This document shows positions 20,035-28,833 of a stretch of 64,000 nucleotides of DNA, in pieces. The stretch spans positions 37,539 through 101,538 of the forward strand of contig LBRD01000007.1 in NCBI GenBank assembly GCA_000991245.1. The letters run 5' to 3'. The notes beneath the pieces were generated by a model. It searched no databases. It had not been told where the DNA came from and saw only the letters and a list, made by a program, of their open reading frames with translations. The position numbers and the translations under genes are program-made. The number at the start of each line of letters is the position of its first letter. Positions within the stretch are counted from its first letter, which is position 1. Origin of the DNA: Parcubacteria group bacterium GW2011_GWC1_36_108 (GTDB lineage Bacteria; Patescibacteriota; Minisyncoccia; Moranbacterales; GWC2-37-73).

Positions 20035-20215
20035 TTGACAACATCTCTTGAGCTGCTATAATCAACATATGAGTATAAACAAACCAAACCACAATTTAAT
20101 ACAGTTTATGTATTTTTGGTTTACGGGCCTTCATGGTCGGTTTGTTTTTGCTAATTGTGAATAAAAGATAAATTCACAATGTGCTCAAATAATCCCGACC
20201 TCGGTCGGGTTTTTT
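20035..20215 (+). promoter_or_regulatory. Promoter, leader peptide (20069-20164) and attenuator
   Basis: TTGACA..TGnTATAAT; leader MSINKPNHNLIQFMYFWFTGLHGRFVFANCE; terminator CCCGAC-CTCG-GTCGGG-T6; upstream GGTCGG can act as antiterminator. Confidence 0.6.
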
Positions 20216-20263
20216 GTTATTTAAAAACAGCATACAAAATAAAATAGGAAAGGAGAAATTCTC

Positions 20264-20572
20264 ATGTTGGAACTAGCCCTGAATGTTTTTAGTGTTCAAA
20301 GTGGAATTCATGGTTTTAGGTTGGTTGGCGAGAGTAACACTGCTTCTGCTGATTTTTGCAGATCCATCGGAGATGGCATACGCAAAAAAAATGTTGGTAT
20401 CGGTCTTGATGAAAAAGAATGCGTAGTAAGCATTTTAGGTAACAATGTTTCTATTAATTTTACTCAAAAGCCAAAAGAAATGGAAAAAATTTCCAGTGTA
20501 TTGCGCGGGAGTATAAGCGTAGAGGACTATGATGACGGAGAATTTTCCGGTTGTATGGTAATAGACAGGTAA
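20264..20572 (+). CDS. Hypothetical protein
   Basis: ORF with strong SD AGGAAAGGAG. Confidence 0.6.
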   Translation: MLELALNVFSVQSGIHGFRLVGESNTASADFCRSIGDGIRKKNVGIGLDEKECVVSILGNNVSINFTQKPKEMEKISSVLRGSISVEDYDDGEFSGCMVIDR

Positions 20573-20626
20573 GATTGTGGCGTTTGTTTTTTAAGGGATT
20601 TGTATGATTCAATGCAAATCCTTTTT

Positions 20627-21961
20627 TTATTGAAAATCTTTCTCGAAAGCTTCTTTGTTGAAAGAATATTTTCCGTCGAAAAAGGCAATTATTTTGTTGA
20701 CAGTTTTGGCGGCATTTTTTATGCAAGCGGTTGCCCCAGGGGATGGTGTGATGTTAAAGAGAATGTTTTTACCTTCAATTTCAATTTCTCCCATTTGCAA
20801 TTTTTGAGTTTGGTTGTTGATCAATTGCGGTCTGATGCCAGCCTTGGTTTTGCTATTTTTAAAATCTGAATATTTCAAAGTCGGAATTATTTTCTGGCAC
20901 ATTTTTGCATATGCTCTGGGGCCAAAATATGGAATTTCGTAAATTAAATTTTTCAATAAAAATGTGAGCAATGTATTTTCTGAAAGTACTTTTAACAATG
21001 CAATGGCAGATTTTTTGTCACAAAGTGTTGATTTGAAAAAATCTCCAAATGTTGCAATGTTATTTCTTTCAAGAAATGGCATAACATTTGCAGTTGGTCC
21101 AAAGCGAGTTTCGTTTTCATTGTGAACATTGGGATCGCCGTGAACCCCAGCAAAGGGGAGTTTGCCGCTCTGCATTGTATAAACCTTGCCGTTTAAAACC
21201 TTTCTTGAAGATGTGTAAAAATTTCCGCCAACAGGGAGTATTGAATATTCTTTGCCGTATCCAAGCTCTTTGGCAAACATCAAACTGTGAGAACACATTG
21301 CAACCACAACAGCTTTTGCAAAAAAAGTTTCTTTGTTGGTAGTTATTTTAAAGCCATCTTCTTTTTCAATTATTTTTATAACTTTTGTGTCAACAAAAAT
21401 TTTTGCTCCTGCTTTAATTTTTTTAGCTTCTGTTGCTAAATTTTTAGCTAGGGCTCCAAAATCAACAGTGAATCCGTCCTTGCTGTATCCCGCCATTATT
21501 TTTTCAGATTTTTTTCTTCCATTTACAATTCCTGGTTCAATCTCGGCAATTTCCTCCCTGGTTATTTTTTTGAAATTTGGAAATATTTTTTCAAATTCAT
21601 TTTGTCTTTTTTCAAATTCTGCAATTTCTTTTTTCCCAACCGCCAATAACATTTTGTGAGATTTTTTATAAATCCCAGCGCCATCTTCTCCTAGTCTTTC
21701 AAGATAGCGTACAACCATTTGCGAAGCTTCTTTTGATGATAATGCTTTCTCAACGGAATAATTGGCTTCGATATCGCCGAAGTGCAATGTTTGGCTGTTG
21801 TTATTTTCTTTGGAATTTATTTCTCCCAATTTTCCATCTTTTTCTATCAGCGCAATGGAATCAATATTTGTGTATTTGCTTAAAATGTGAAAAATTGAAC
21901 TGCCAGTGATGCCGCCCCCCAATATTGCTATTTGAAATTTTTTTGGTTTACATTGTTCCAT
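20627..21961 (-). CDS. mqo: FAD-dependent oxidoreductase, Helicobacter/Campylobacter-type malate:quinone oxidoreductase
   Basis: GGGITG, NSQTLHFGDIEANY, GKVYTMQ..LPFAGVHGDP, RFGPTA, NITPSPGAT motifs. Confidence 0.75.
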   Translation of the reverse strand: MEQCKPKKFQIAILGGGITGSSIFHILSKYTNIDSIALIEKDGKLGEINSKENNNSQTLHFGDIEANYSVEKALSSKEASQMVVRYLERLGEDGAGIYKKSHKMLLAVGKKEIAEFEKRQNEFEKIFPNFKKITREEIAEIEPGIVNGRKKSEKIMAGYSKDGFTVDFGALAKNLATEAKKIKAGAKIFVDTKVIKIIEKEDGFKITTNKETFFAKAVVVAMCSHSLMFAKELGYGKEYSILPVGGNFYTSSRKVLNGKVYTMQSGKLPFAGVHGDPNVHNENETRFGPTANVMPFLERNNIATFGDFFKSTLCDKKSAIALLKVLSENTLLTFLLKNLIYEIPYFGPRAYAKMCQKIIPTLKYSDFKNSKTKAGIRPQLINNQTQKLQMGEIEIEGKNILFNITPSPGATACIKNAAKTVNKIIAFFDGKYSFNKEAFEKDFQ

Positions 21962-21974
21962 ATATATAATAAAT

Positions 21975-22135
21975 AAAAAATAAAAAAATCGGCTCTGTGT
22001 GAGTCGATCTTGTTTTGCAAATTCAAATCAAAACCGACGATAATCAATCACAATTATCGTCATTATTCAAGGTTGTAATTTGTGCAAAATGCATATTCAT
22101 ATGATTCAGTTTAGCAGAGTTATAAAATTTGTCCA
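21975..22135 (-). promoter_or_regulatory. Promoter, Asn/Asp-rich leader peptide (22100-22044) and attenuator for mqo
   Basis: TGGACA..TGnTAAACT; leader MNMHFAQITTLNNDDNCD; overlapping 1:2, 2:3 and 3:4 stems plus T-tract. Confidence 0.6.
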
Positions 22136-22204
22136 GCCCTTGCAGGATGCTTATTTTTTGTTATAGTGACGAAATGGCAATATCATTATAATCGTAAAAT
22201 ATAT

Positions 22205-23344
22205 ATGCAACAAATTTCAAAAAGAGCAACGAGTCTGACATCTTCGCCGTTGTACGAATTTGCAAAAAAGGTGAAAGAGCAAGAAGCTCAAGGCAGGAAA
22301 ATAATTTCACTTGGACTGGGAGAGCCATATTATGACACGCCTGAGATTATTAAACAGGCGGGAATTGAGGCAATCAAGAATGACAAAACACATTATAACC
22401 CAGCGCAAGGTTCGATGACGCTAAGAAAAAAAATTGCTGAAAAATATCAAGTTGAGGTACAGTGCGTTTCTGTTTCAACTGGTGCTAAACCATTTTTGGG
22501 AAGTATTTTGTGGTCACTGGTTGATGATGGAGATTTGATTTTTATGACAGGTCCATATTATCCGCCGTTTTTTCAAATTGCGCAGTCTTGCGGAGGCAAA
22601 GTTGTTTTGATTGACACCAAGCCAACAGATTTCCAATTGAAAGCGGATGTTCTTGATGAAATTTTTGCAAACAACAATACTGCAGAAAAAAAATCATTTA
22701 TAATAATAAATTCGCCAAACAATCCCAGTGGTGTTACGTATGAAAAAAATGAATTGAAAAAAATCGTTGAAGTTTGCAAAAAAAATAATGTAACAATAAT
22801 TTCAGATGAATGTTATAGCAATTTTTCTCCTGATCCGCAGTTTAGTTTGCGCCAATTTAACTCTGAAATTATTGTGATAAATTCACTTTCCAAATCACAT
22901 GCGATGACAGGTTGGAGAATTGGATACGCAATTTGCCCGAGTGATTTGAATGTTACAATCGGAAGATTTTTGGAAAATTATATTGGTTGTCCATCTTCCA
23001 TTTCAGACGCAGCGGCAGTTGTGGCACTTGAAAGTGAGTCCACTTTGCCTGACCTTGTTTCACAAAGAGAAATTATGCACAGTTGGCTTGCTGAAATGAA
23101 AATTTCTTATGCCAAATCAACAGGAGGAATTTTCATTTTTCCGGATTTTGTCGATGTTATGGAAAAACTTAATCTCAAAAATTCAGTGGAGTTGGCAACT
23201 TATTTCTTGGAAAAGGCTGGAGTGGCAACAACCCCTGGAGTTTCTTTCGGTGAAAAATATGACACTCATCTGCGTTTGTCATATTGCATCAAACCTGATG
23301 AGCTCAAATTGGCATTGCAGGAACTCGAAAAAGTTATCATCTAG
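22205..23344 (+). CDS. PLP-dependent aminotransferase class I/II (aspartate aminotransferase-like)
   Basis: NSPNNPSG, SDECY, SLSKSHAMTGWRIG motifs. Confidence 0.88.
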   Translation: MQQISKRATSLTSSPLYEFAKKVKEQEAQGRKIISLGLGEPYYDTPEIIKQAGIEAIKNDKTHYNPAQGSMTLRKKIAEKYQVEVQCVSVSTGAKPFLGSILWSLVDDGDLIFMTGPYYPPFFQIAQSCGGKVVLIDTKPTDFQLKADVLDEIFANNNTAEKKSFIIINSPNNPSGVTYEKNELKKIVEVCKKNNVTIISDECYSNFSPDPQFSLRQFNSEIIVINSLSKSHAMTGWRIGYAICPSDLNVTIGRFLENYIGCPSSISDAAAVVALESESTLPDLVSQREIMHSWLAEMKISYAKSTGGIFIFPDFVDVMEKLNLKNSVELATYFLEKAGVATTPGVSFGEKYDTHLRLSYCIKPDELKLALQELEKVII

Positions 23345-23414
23345 GGCTGGCTGTGAAGGTTGATGTGTGATAAAATAATTTTATATTGGAGAATTGAAAA
23401 TTTATAAATATAGT

Positions 23415-23987
23415 ATGAAATTAAATAAAGATACATTTGAAATAATCTTTTTTGCACGAGGAGGGCAGGGTGCAAAAACTGCCTCTGAGCTTATTGCGCA
23501 TAGCGCGGTGCGTGAAGGGAAATTTGTGAAAGCTTTTCCATTTTTTGGACCGGAAAGAAGTGGCGCTCCAACCAAAATGTTTTTGCGTGTGTCAGACAAG
23601 GAAATCAGAACACAAGAACCCGTGACTGATCCCGATATTGTTTTGGTGTTGGATGAAACTGTGATGGATTCTCAGGATGTGGCGAGAAACTTGGACAAGC
23701 ATGAAATTCTCATTGTAAATTCGGCAAATTCAAAAGAAGATGTCAGGAAAAGAGTCCCACATTTTAAAGGTTCAATTCACTGCATTGATGGCAACAAGAT
23801 TTCTGCTGATATTATTGGAAAACCAAATCCTAATATGGTTTTGATGGGACACTTGATTAAAGTTACTGAAATTGTGGATTTGGAAACTGCTGGCGAAATT
23901 TTTCGCGAAGTTTTCACTGAAAAAATCGGCAAGGATTTAACTGAAAAAAATATACGCGCGATGCAAGCCGGTTACGATGAATTGTAA
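23415..23987 (+). CDS. Pyruvate/2-oxoacid:ferredoxin oxidoreductase gamma subunit
   Basis: RGGQGAKT, FGPERSGAP motifs. Confidence 0.88.
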   Translation: MKLNKDTFEIIFFARGGQGAKTASELIAHSAVREGKFVKAFPFFGPERSGAPTKMFLRVSDKEIRTQEPVTDPDIVLVLDETVMDSQDVARNLDKHEILIVNSANSKEDVRKRVPHFKGSIHCIDGNKISADIIGKPNPNMVLMGHLIKVTEIVDLETAGEIFREVFTEKIGKDLTEKNIRAMQAGYDEL

Positions 23988-24048
23988 TAAGTTATATGAC
24001 GGATATTTGTGATTTGTGAAAATTCGTTAATAATTAGTGAAAATTAGT

Positions 24049-24315
24049 ATGAGTTTAGAAAAAGGAGGAATTATAAAACATGACATTTCCAAGTCTCCCA
24101 AAACAGGGGATTGGGCATATTCAAAACCCCAGGTTGATAAGGATAAATGTATTGGTTGCGAGACCTGTGTTCAATATTGTCCAGACGCTTGCATTGAGAT
24201 GGTTAAACATAAAAAGGATATTAAGAAAAAAGCTGACATCGATTATGATTTTTGCAAAGGCTGCGGTGTCTGCGCTCAAGTTTGCCCAGTCAAAGCAATT
24301 GTTATGAAAAAATAA
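24049..24315 (+). CDS. porD: Oxidoreductase delta subunit (2[4Fe-4S] ferredoxin)
   Basis: KTGDW; two CxxCxxCxxxCP motifs. Confidence 0.88.
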   Translation: MSLEKGGIIKHDISKSPKTGDWAYSKPQVDKDKCIGCETCVQYCPDACIEMVKHKKDIKKKADIDYDFCKGCGVCAQVCPVKAIVMKK

Positions 24316-24327
24316 AAAATATTCGTT

Positions 24328-25506
24328 ATGGAAAATAAAACTATAAAAAACAAAACAACTGTTAAGGCCTTGAATGGTGGTTATGCGATGGCGGAGGCTT
24401 TGCGGCAAATTCATCCGGATGTGATGGCAGTGTATCCGATCACGCCGCAGACAACTATTATTGAAACATATGCTAAGTTCAAAGCTGACGGATTGGTGGA
24501 TACTGAAATTGTGCAAGTTGAATCTGAACATTCTGCAATGAGCGCAACGATTGGTGCTTGCACTGCTGGAGCTAGGGCAGTTACCGCTTCCAGCTCTCAA
24601 GGGCTTTTGCATATGGCGGAAACTTTGCCGGTTGTTAGTGGTCTTGGACTTCCAATTGTAATGTGTGTGAGTTCTAGGGCTCTTTCTGCACCGCTTAATA
24701 TTCATGGCGAACATGGAGATGTGATGGCAATTCGTGACCTCGGGTGGGTGCAAATATTCAGTGAGCAGGCCCAGGATGCCTATGATAACACGATAATTGC
24801 CCTCAGGTTGGCCGAAATGGCAGGGGTGCCAGTTATGCCCATTATGGATGGATTCCATACCTCGCACACCACAGAGCGTGTGGAGGTGCTTGGGGATGAA
24901 ATTATCCAGAGTTTTGTCGGACAATTCAAGCCAGAAAACGCCCTGGTGGATCAAAAAAACCCCATAACCATCGGAACTTTGGCTCTACAAAACACTTATT
25001 TTGACTTTAAAATAGATCAAGAAAAGGCTTTTCAAAAAGTGAAGAGTTTGTATAAGAAAATCTGCGTTGAATATGGCAAAATTTCTGGTCGCAAATATGG
25101 TTTTTTTGAGGAATATAAAACCAAAGATGCTGATTTTGTGATTGTGATGATGGGAGCAACTGCTGGAACCACCAAGGATGCAGTGGATAAACTTCGCATC
25201 GATGGAAAAAAAGTTGGATTGCTCAAGATAAACTTATTCAGACCATTCCCATATAAAGAAGTTGGAGTTGCACTGTCTCATGCTGAAAATATTGCTGTGC
25301 TTGATCGTGCGATGTCCTTTGGATCATTCCCACCACTATATCAAGACATTGTAACCAGTATGCAAAGTGCCGGCTCTCGCAAACATGATATTGCTAGCTA
25401 TGTTTATGGAATCGGTGGACGTGACACAATGCAATCCCATATCATTTCTGTTTTTAAAGATTTGGAAGAAGGGGAAATCGGCAATAAAATTAAATACCTA
25501 CAGTAA
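24328..25506 (+). CDS. porA: Oxidoreductase alpha subunit
   Basis: YPITPQT, ESEHSA, SSQGL motifs. Confidence 0.92.
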   Translation: MENKTIKNKTTVKALNGGYAMAEALRQIHPDVMAVYPITPQTTIIETYAKFKADGLVDTEIVQVESEHSAMSATIGACTAGARAVTASSSQGLLHMAETLPVVSGLGLPIVMCVSSRALSAPLNIHGEHGDVMAIRDLGWVQIFSEQAQDAYDNTIIALRLAEMAGVPVMPIMDGFHTSHTTERVEVLGDEIIQSFVGQFKPENALVDQKNPITIGTLALQNTYFDFKIDQEKAFQKVKSLYKKICVEYGKISGRKYGFFEEYKTKDADFVIVMMGATAGTTKDAVDKLRIDGKKVGLLKINLFRPFPYKEVGVALSHAENIAVLDRAMSFGSFPPLYQDIVTSMQSAGSRKHDIASYVYGIGGRDTMQSHIISVFKDLEEGEIGNKIKYLQ

Positions 25507-25691
25507 ATCAGATCTTATAATTTCGAAGTCCGAATTTCGAATTTCGAATCAAATCTAAATGACATAATGTTTCAAATTGACTTTACAAACTTTATGAACT
25601 TTATTTTCAAATGAAGCGAGTGAAATGAGAAACGTTTTCATTTCCGAGCGAATGCAGAAAATATCTAATATAACTTTAAGAACTTAGTTTT

Positions 25692-26600
25692 ATGAATAAA
25701 GAATTAACTAAAAAATTATCGTCGGGTCATGCGACTTGTCAGGGATGTGGAATTCCGGCAATTGTTCGAACTGTATTGGGTGCAACGGATGAACCTGTGA
25801 TCGTGGCTAATGCGACGGGATGTCTTGAGGTGACAACCACAATATATCCATATACAGCTTGGAAGGTGCCATACGTTCATAGTGTTTTTGGAAATGCTGC
25901 AGCCACTGCGGCTGGGATTGATGCTGCTCAAAAAGCTCTAATGAAAAGTGGAAAAATAAAAAAGAAAGCTAAGGTTGTGGTTTTTGGTGGAGATGGTGGA
26001 ACATATGATATTGGACTCCAAGCACTTTCAGGTGCACTTGAGCGAGGTCATGATTTTTTGTATGTTTGTTATGATAATGAAGGATATATGAACACGGGAG
26101 GACAACGCTCTGGCGGCACTCCATATGGTGCCAACACTGAAACTGCACCAGCGGGCGAGACTTCTTTTGGAAAGTCGCAGCAACGAAAAGATTTAATGGA
26201 AATTGTGAATGCGCATCATATTAAATACCTTGCTCAATCAAATGTGGCTTATGTAAATGATCTTAAGATGAAAGCCAAAAAAGCTCTGAAAACAACGGGT
26301 CCCTCTTTTCTTTTGGTTTTGCAACCTTGCACGCAACTTTGGAAATTTCCAACATCGGAATATGTGGCGGTTGGAAAACTTGCAACAGAAACAAATTTTT
26401 GGCCACTGTATGAAATTGAGGATGGAAAATATACGATTAATAATATTGTAAAAACTCCAAAACCAATTGAGGAATTTTTGAAAGTTCAAGGACGCTTCAA
26501 GCATCTTTTTACTGATAAAAATAAGCAGGTTATTGTGGATATTCAAAACAAGGTGGATGAGAATCTGTCCAAACTTGTCAAAAGAGCTGAAAAAAGCTAA
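25692..26600 (+). CDS. porB: Oxidoreductase beta subunit (TPP-binding)
   Basis: CQGCG, ATGC, GGDGG..DNEGYMNTG motifs. Confidence 0.92.
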   Translation: MNKELTKKLSSGHATCQGCGIPAIVRTVLGATDEPVIVANATGCLEVTTTIYPYTAWKVPYVHSVFGNAAATAAGIDAAQKALMKSGKIKKKAKVVVFGGDGGTYDIGLQALSGALERGHDFLYVCYDNEGYMNTGGQRSGGTPYGANTETAPAGETSFGKSQQRKDLMEIVNAHHIKYLAQSNVAYVNDLKMKAKKALKTTGPSFLLVLQPCTQLWKFPTSEYVAVGKLATETNFWPLYEIEDGKYTINNIVKTPKPIEEFLKVQGRFKHLFTDKNKQVIVDIQNKVDENLSKLVKRAEKS

Positions 26601-26601
26601 C

Positions 26602-26824
26602 ATAAAGCAAAAGAATAAAATTTTTCTGCGAAATTAAACTCGAGCTCTTTATTTTTTAACTTCACCCTCCGGGTATATGTTATCCGGACAAAATCATAGA
26701 TTTTGAAGGATAACTAAAATTTTTTGTGGTCACACGCGTATACCGCGCAAGGGACAAAAAATTTCAGAAAAAATATTAGTTCTCAAACAGTAATTTCTCG
26801 AAAAATTTTATTCTTTAGCTTTAT
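26602..26824. repeat. MITE-like element with 25-bp TIRs (1 mismatch)
   Basis: ATAAAGCAAAAGAATAAAATTTTTC / GAAAAATTTTATTCTTTAGCTTTAT; inner module shared with 27823-27879. Confidence 0.75.
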
Positions 26825-26828
26825 TAAG

Positions 26829-26901
26829 GCCGATGTAGCTCACTTGGTAGAGCAATACACTCGTAACGTATAGGTAGCCGGTTCGATTCCGGCCATCGGC
26901 T
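26829..26901 (+). tRNA. tRNA-Thr(CGT)
   Basis: Acceptor GCCGATG/CATCGGC, anticodon loop CTCGTAA, GTTCGATTC T-arm; CCA not encoded. Confidence 0.93.
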
Positions 26902-26930
26902 CATTTTATAATTTCTAAATTTGTAATGCG

Positions 26931-27188
26931 ATGAATTTTACTGTAAGAAAATTTTTAGCCTTAATTTTGACAATAGGAAATGTTTTTTTAGCTGTATTTC
27001 TTCATGGTTATGAATACGGGTTAATTGTTTTAGTGTTGTCATTGTTGATGCTGGTTGCGTTTATTTGGTTCAAAGATTTTTTCGCTAAAGTGGTTACTGG
27101 TTTTTATCGTAATAATCCTGTGTTGCTTGAATTTACTGGTTGGATTTTTTTGATTTTATTTTTGATTTTTTCTATAATTGCCAAATGA
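26931..27188 (+). CDS. Small membrane protein
   Basis: Three hydrophobic helices. Confidence 0.6.
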   Translation: MNFTVRKFLALILTIGNVFLAVFLHGYEYGLIVLVLSLLMLVAFIWFKDFFAKVVTGFYRNNPVLLEFTGWIFLILFLIFSIIAK

Positions 27189-27227
27189 TTTTGTATTTTT
27201 GTATAATTTTTTAATTTTGTAGACCTT

Positions 27228-27746
27228 ATGAAAACATTTATTTGTGAAATTTGTGGAGATGCATATTTGGGAGAAGGAAAACCAACCAATTGTCCTTTTT
27301 GTGGAGCGCGCAGTGCTTTTATACGAGAAGGAAAAGATGCTCATCCTGTCACTGAAGTGAAAACCGAGTTATCTGAATTGACTTTAAAAAATTTGCAAGA
27401 AACTTTGCAATTGGAATTGGATGCCAATGCGATTTATTTGTGTATGGCAGCAAAAACTGATTCATATGAAATAATGAAGATGTATAAACGTTTGGCTAAA
27501 GTTGAAATGGAACATGCAATTATTTGTACAAAAATAATGCAGATTGCAATGCCCGAAGCTGAAACAAAAGAATGCAGTGATGATGATATTGCAAATTTTC
27601 AAAAAACACTTGAACTTGAAGATCATGCCGCTGGCTTGTATGCAAAATTTGCCAGAGAGGCAAATGAAAAGCATGTAAAAATTATGTTTACCGCTCTTAA
27701 CCAAGTGGAAGTTGATCATATTGAACTCATAAAGAGTTACTTGTGA
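27228..27746 (+). CDS. Rubredoxin plus ferritin-like (reverse rubrerythrin-type) protein
   Basis: CEICG..CPFCG followed by ExxH diiron motifs. Confidence 0.85.
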   Translation: MKTFICEICGDAYLGEGKPTNCPFCGARSAFIREGKDAHPVTEVKTELSELTLKNLQETLQLELDANAIYLCMAAKTDSYEIMKMYKRLAKVEMEHAIICTKIMQIAMPEAETKECSDDDIANFQKTLELEDHAAGLYAKFAREANEKHVKIMFTALNQVEVDHIELIKSYL

Positions 27747-27755
27747 GAGTCGCTT

Positions 27756-27905
27756 GAGCATATTCTTATTTTTGATCACAGAAAAACAATTGCAACTTTT
27801 GACACAACACCAATGAGACTTGTTTTAATTGTCATTCAAAATCTTTGATTTTATCCTGACAATATATACCCAGAGGGTGCAAGTGACAAAAATAAGAATA
27901 TGCTC
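27756..27905. repeat. Palindromic element with 19-bp perfect TIR carrying two shared modules
   Basis: GAGCATATTCTTATTTTTG / CAAAAATAAGAATATGCTC. Confidence 0.8.
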
Positions 27906-27937
27906 TCGCTCTGTTTTATTTCTTCAAAGTCTATCTT

Positions 27938-28681
27938 ATGGAAATTTGGATTTACACAATAGTAAGTGTTTTGATTGTTAGCTTGCTTTCTCTCTTGGGA
28001 TTGGCGGCTTTTCCATTTGGCGAAGAAAAAATTAAAAAGTTTTTGATTTGGGCGGTTGCTTTCGCTGGCGGAACTCTTTTAGGCGATGCTTTTTTGCATT
28101 TGATTCCAGAGGCATATAGCGAAGGAGCTGGAATTGGAATTTCATTTTCCATTTTAGCTGGAATGCTAGCTTTTTTTGTGCTAGAAAAATTTATTCATTG
28201 GCATCATTGTCATGATATTGATTGCACTGAGCATAACTCTGCTTTTTCTTATGTGATCTTAATTGGAGATGGCGCGCATAATTTTATTGATGGGATGATA
28301 ATTGCTGCAAGCTATATGGTTAGCATTCCAATTGGAATCGCCACAACTTTGGCAGTTATTTTTCATGAAATTCCTCACGAGATTGGTGATTTTGCGTCAA
28401 TGCTATATGGTGGTTTTTCAAAAATAAAAGCCCTTTGGTATAATTTTTTGGCAGGAATCGTGGCTATTTTTGGAGCGCTAATAGTTTTGGTGGTGGGTCA
28501 AAATTTTGCTGATTTAACTTATTATCTTATTCCATTTGCGGCTGGTGGTTTTATTTATGTGGCTAGTGCTGATATTATTCCAGAACTTCACAAATCAACA
28601 AAAATTTCACATTCATTTTTGCAGCTCTTGTTTATTATTGCAGGAATCGCTATTATGTATGGACTGCTTGTTTTTGGGTAA
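27938..28681 (+). CDS. ZIP-family metal transporter
   Basis: HLIPE, His-rich loop, HNFIDG, HEIPHEIGDF motifs. Confidence 0.93.
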   Translation: MEIWIYTIVSVLIVSLLSLLGLAAFPFGEEKIKKFLIWAVAFAGGTLLGDAFLHLIPEAYSEGAGIGISFSILAGMLAFFVLEKFIHWHHCHDIDCTEHNSAFSYVILIGDGAHNFIDGMIIAASYMVSIPIGIATTLAVIFHEIPHEIGDFASMLYGGFSKIKALWYNFLAGIVAIFGALIVLVVGQNFADLTYYLIPFAAGGFIYVASADIIPELHKSTKISHSFLQLLFIIAGIAIMYGLLVFG

Positions 28682-28699
28682 TTTATATTTTTTGTGCAT

Positions 28700-28803
28700 G
28701 AGTCGTTCGCATACATTTTTCTTTTTGTCACAGAGAAACAATTGCAACTTTTGACATAACACTAAGGAGACTTGTTTCTAGTGAAAAAAGAAAAAGTATA
28801 CTC
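28700..28803. repeat. Shorter sister copy of the 27756 element
   Basis: Shares TCACAGA.AAACAATTGCAACTTTTGACA.AACAC.AA.GAGACTTGTTT. Confidence 0.8.
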
Positions 28804-28833
28804 ACTTCCATCTGTAAGTTTGTGGAATCTATT

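Noticed and set aside
24121-24954. Long antisense ORFs (also 44395-45018, 41122-41664, 8838-9359)
   Set aside because: Shadows of well-supported genes on the opposite strand; no recognisable motifs
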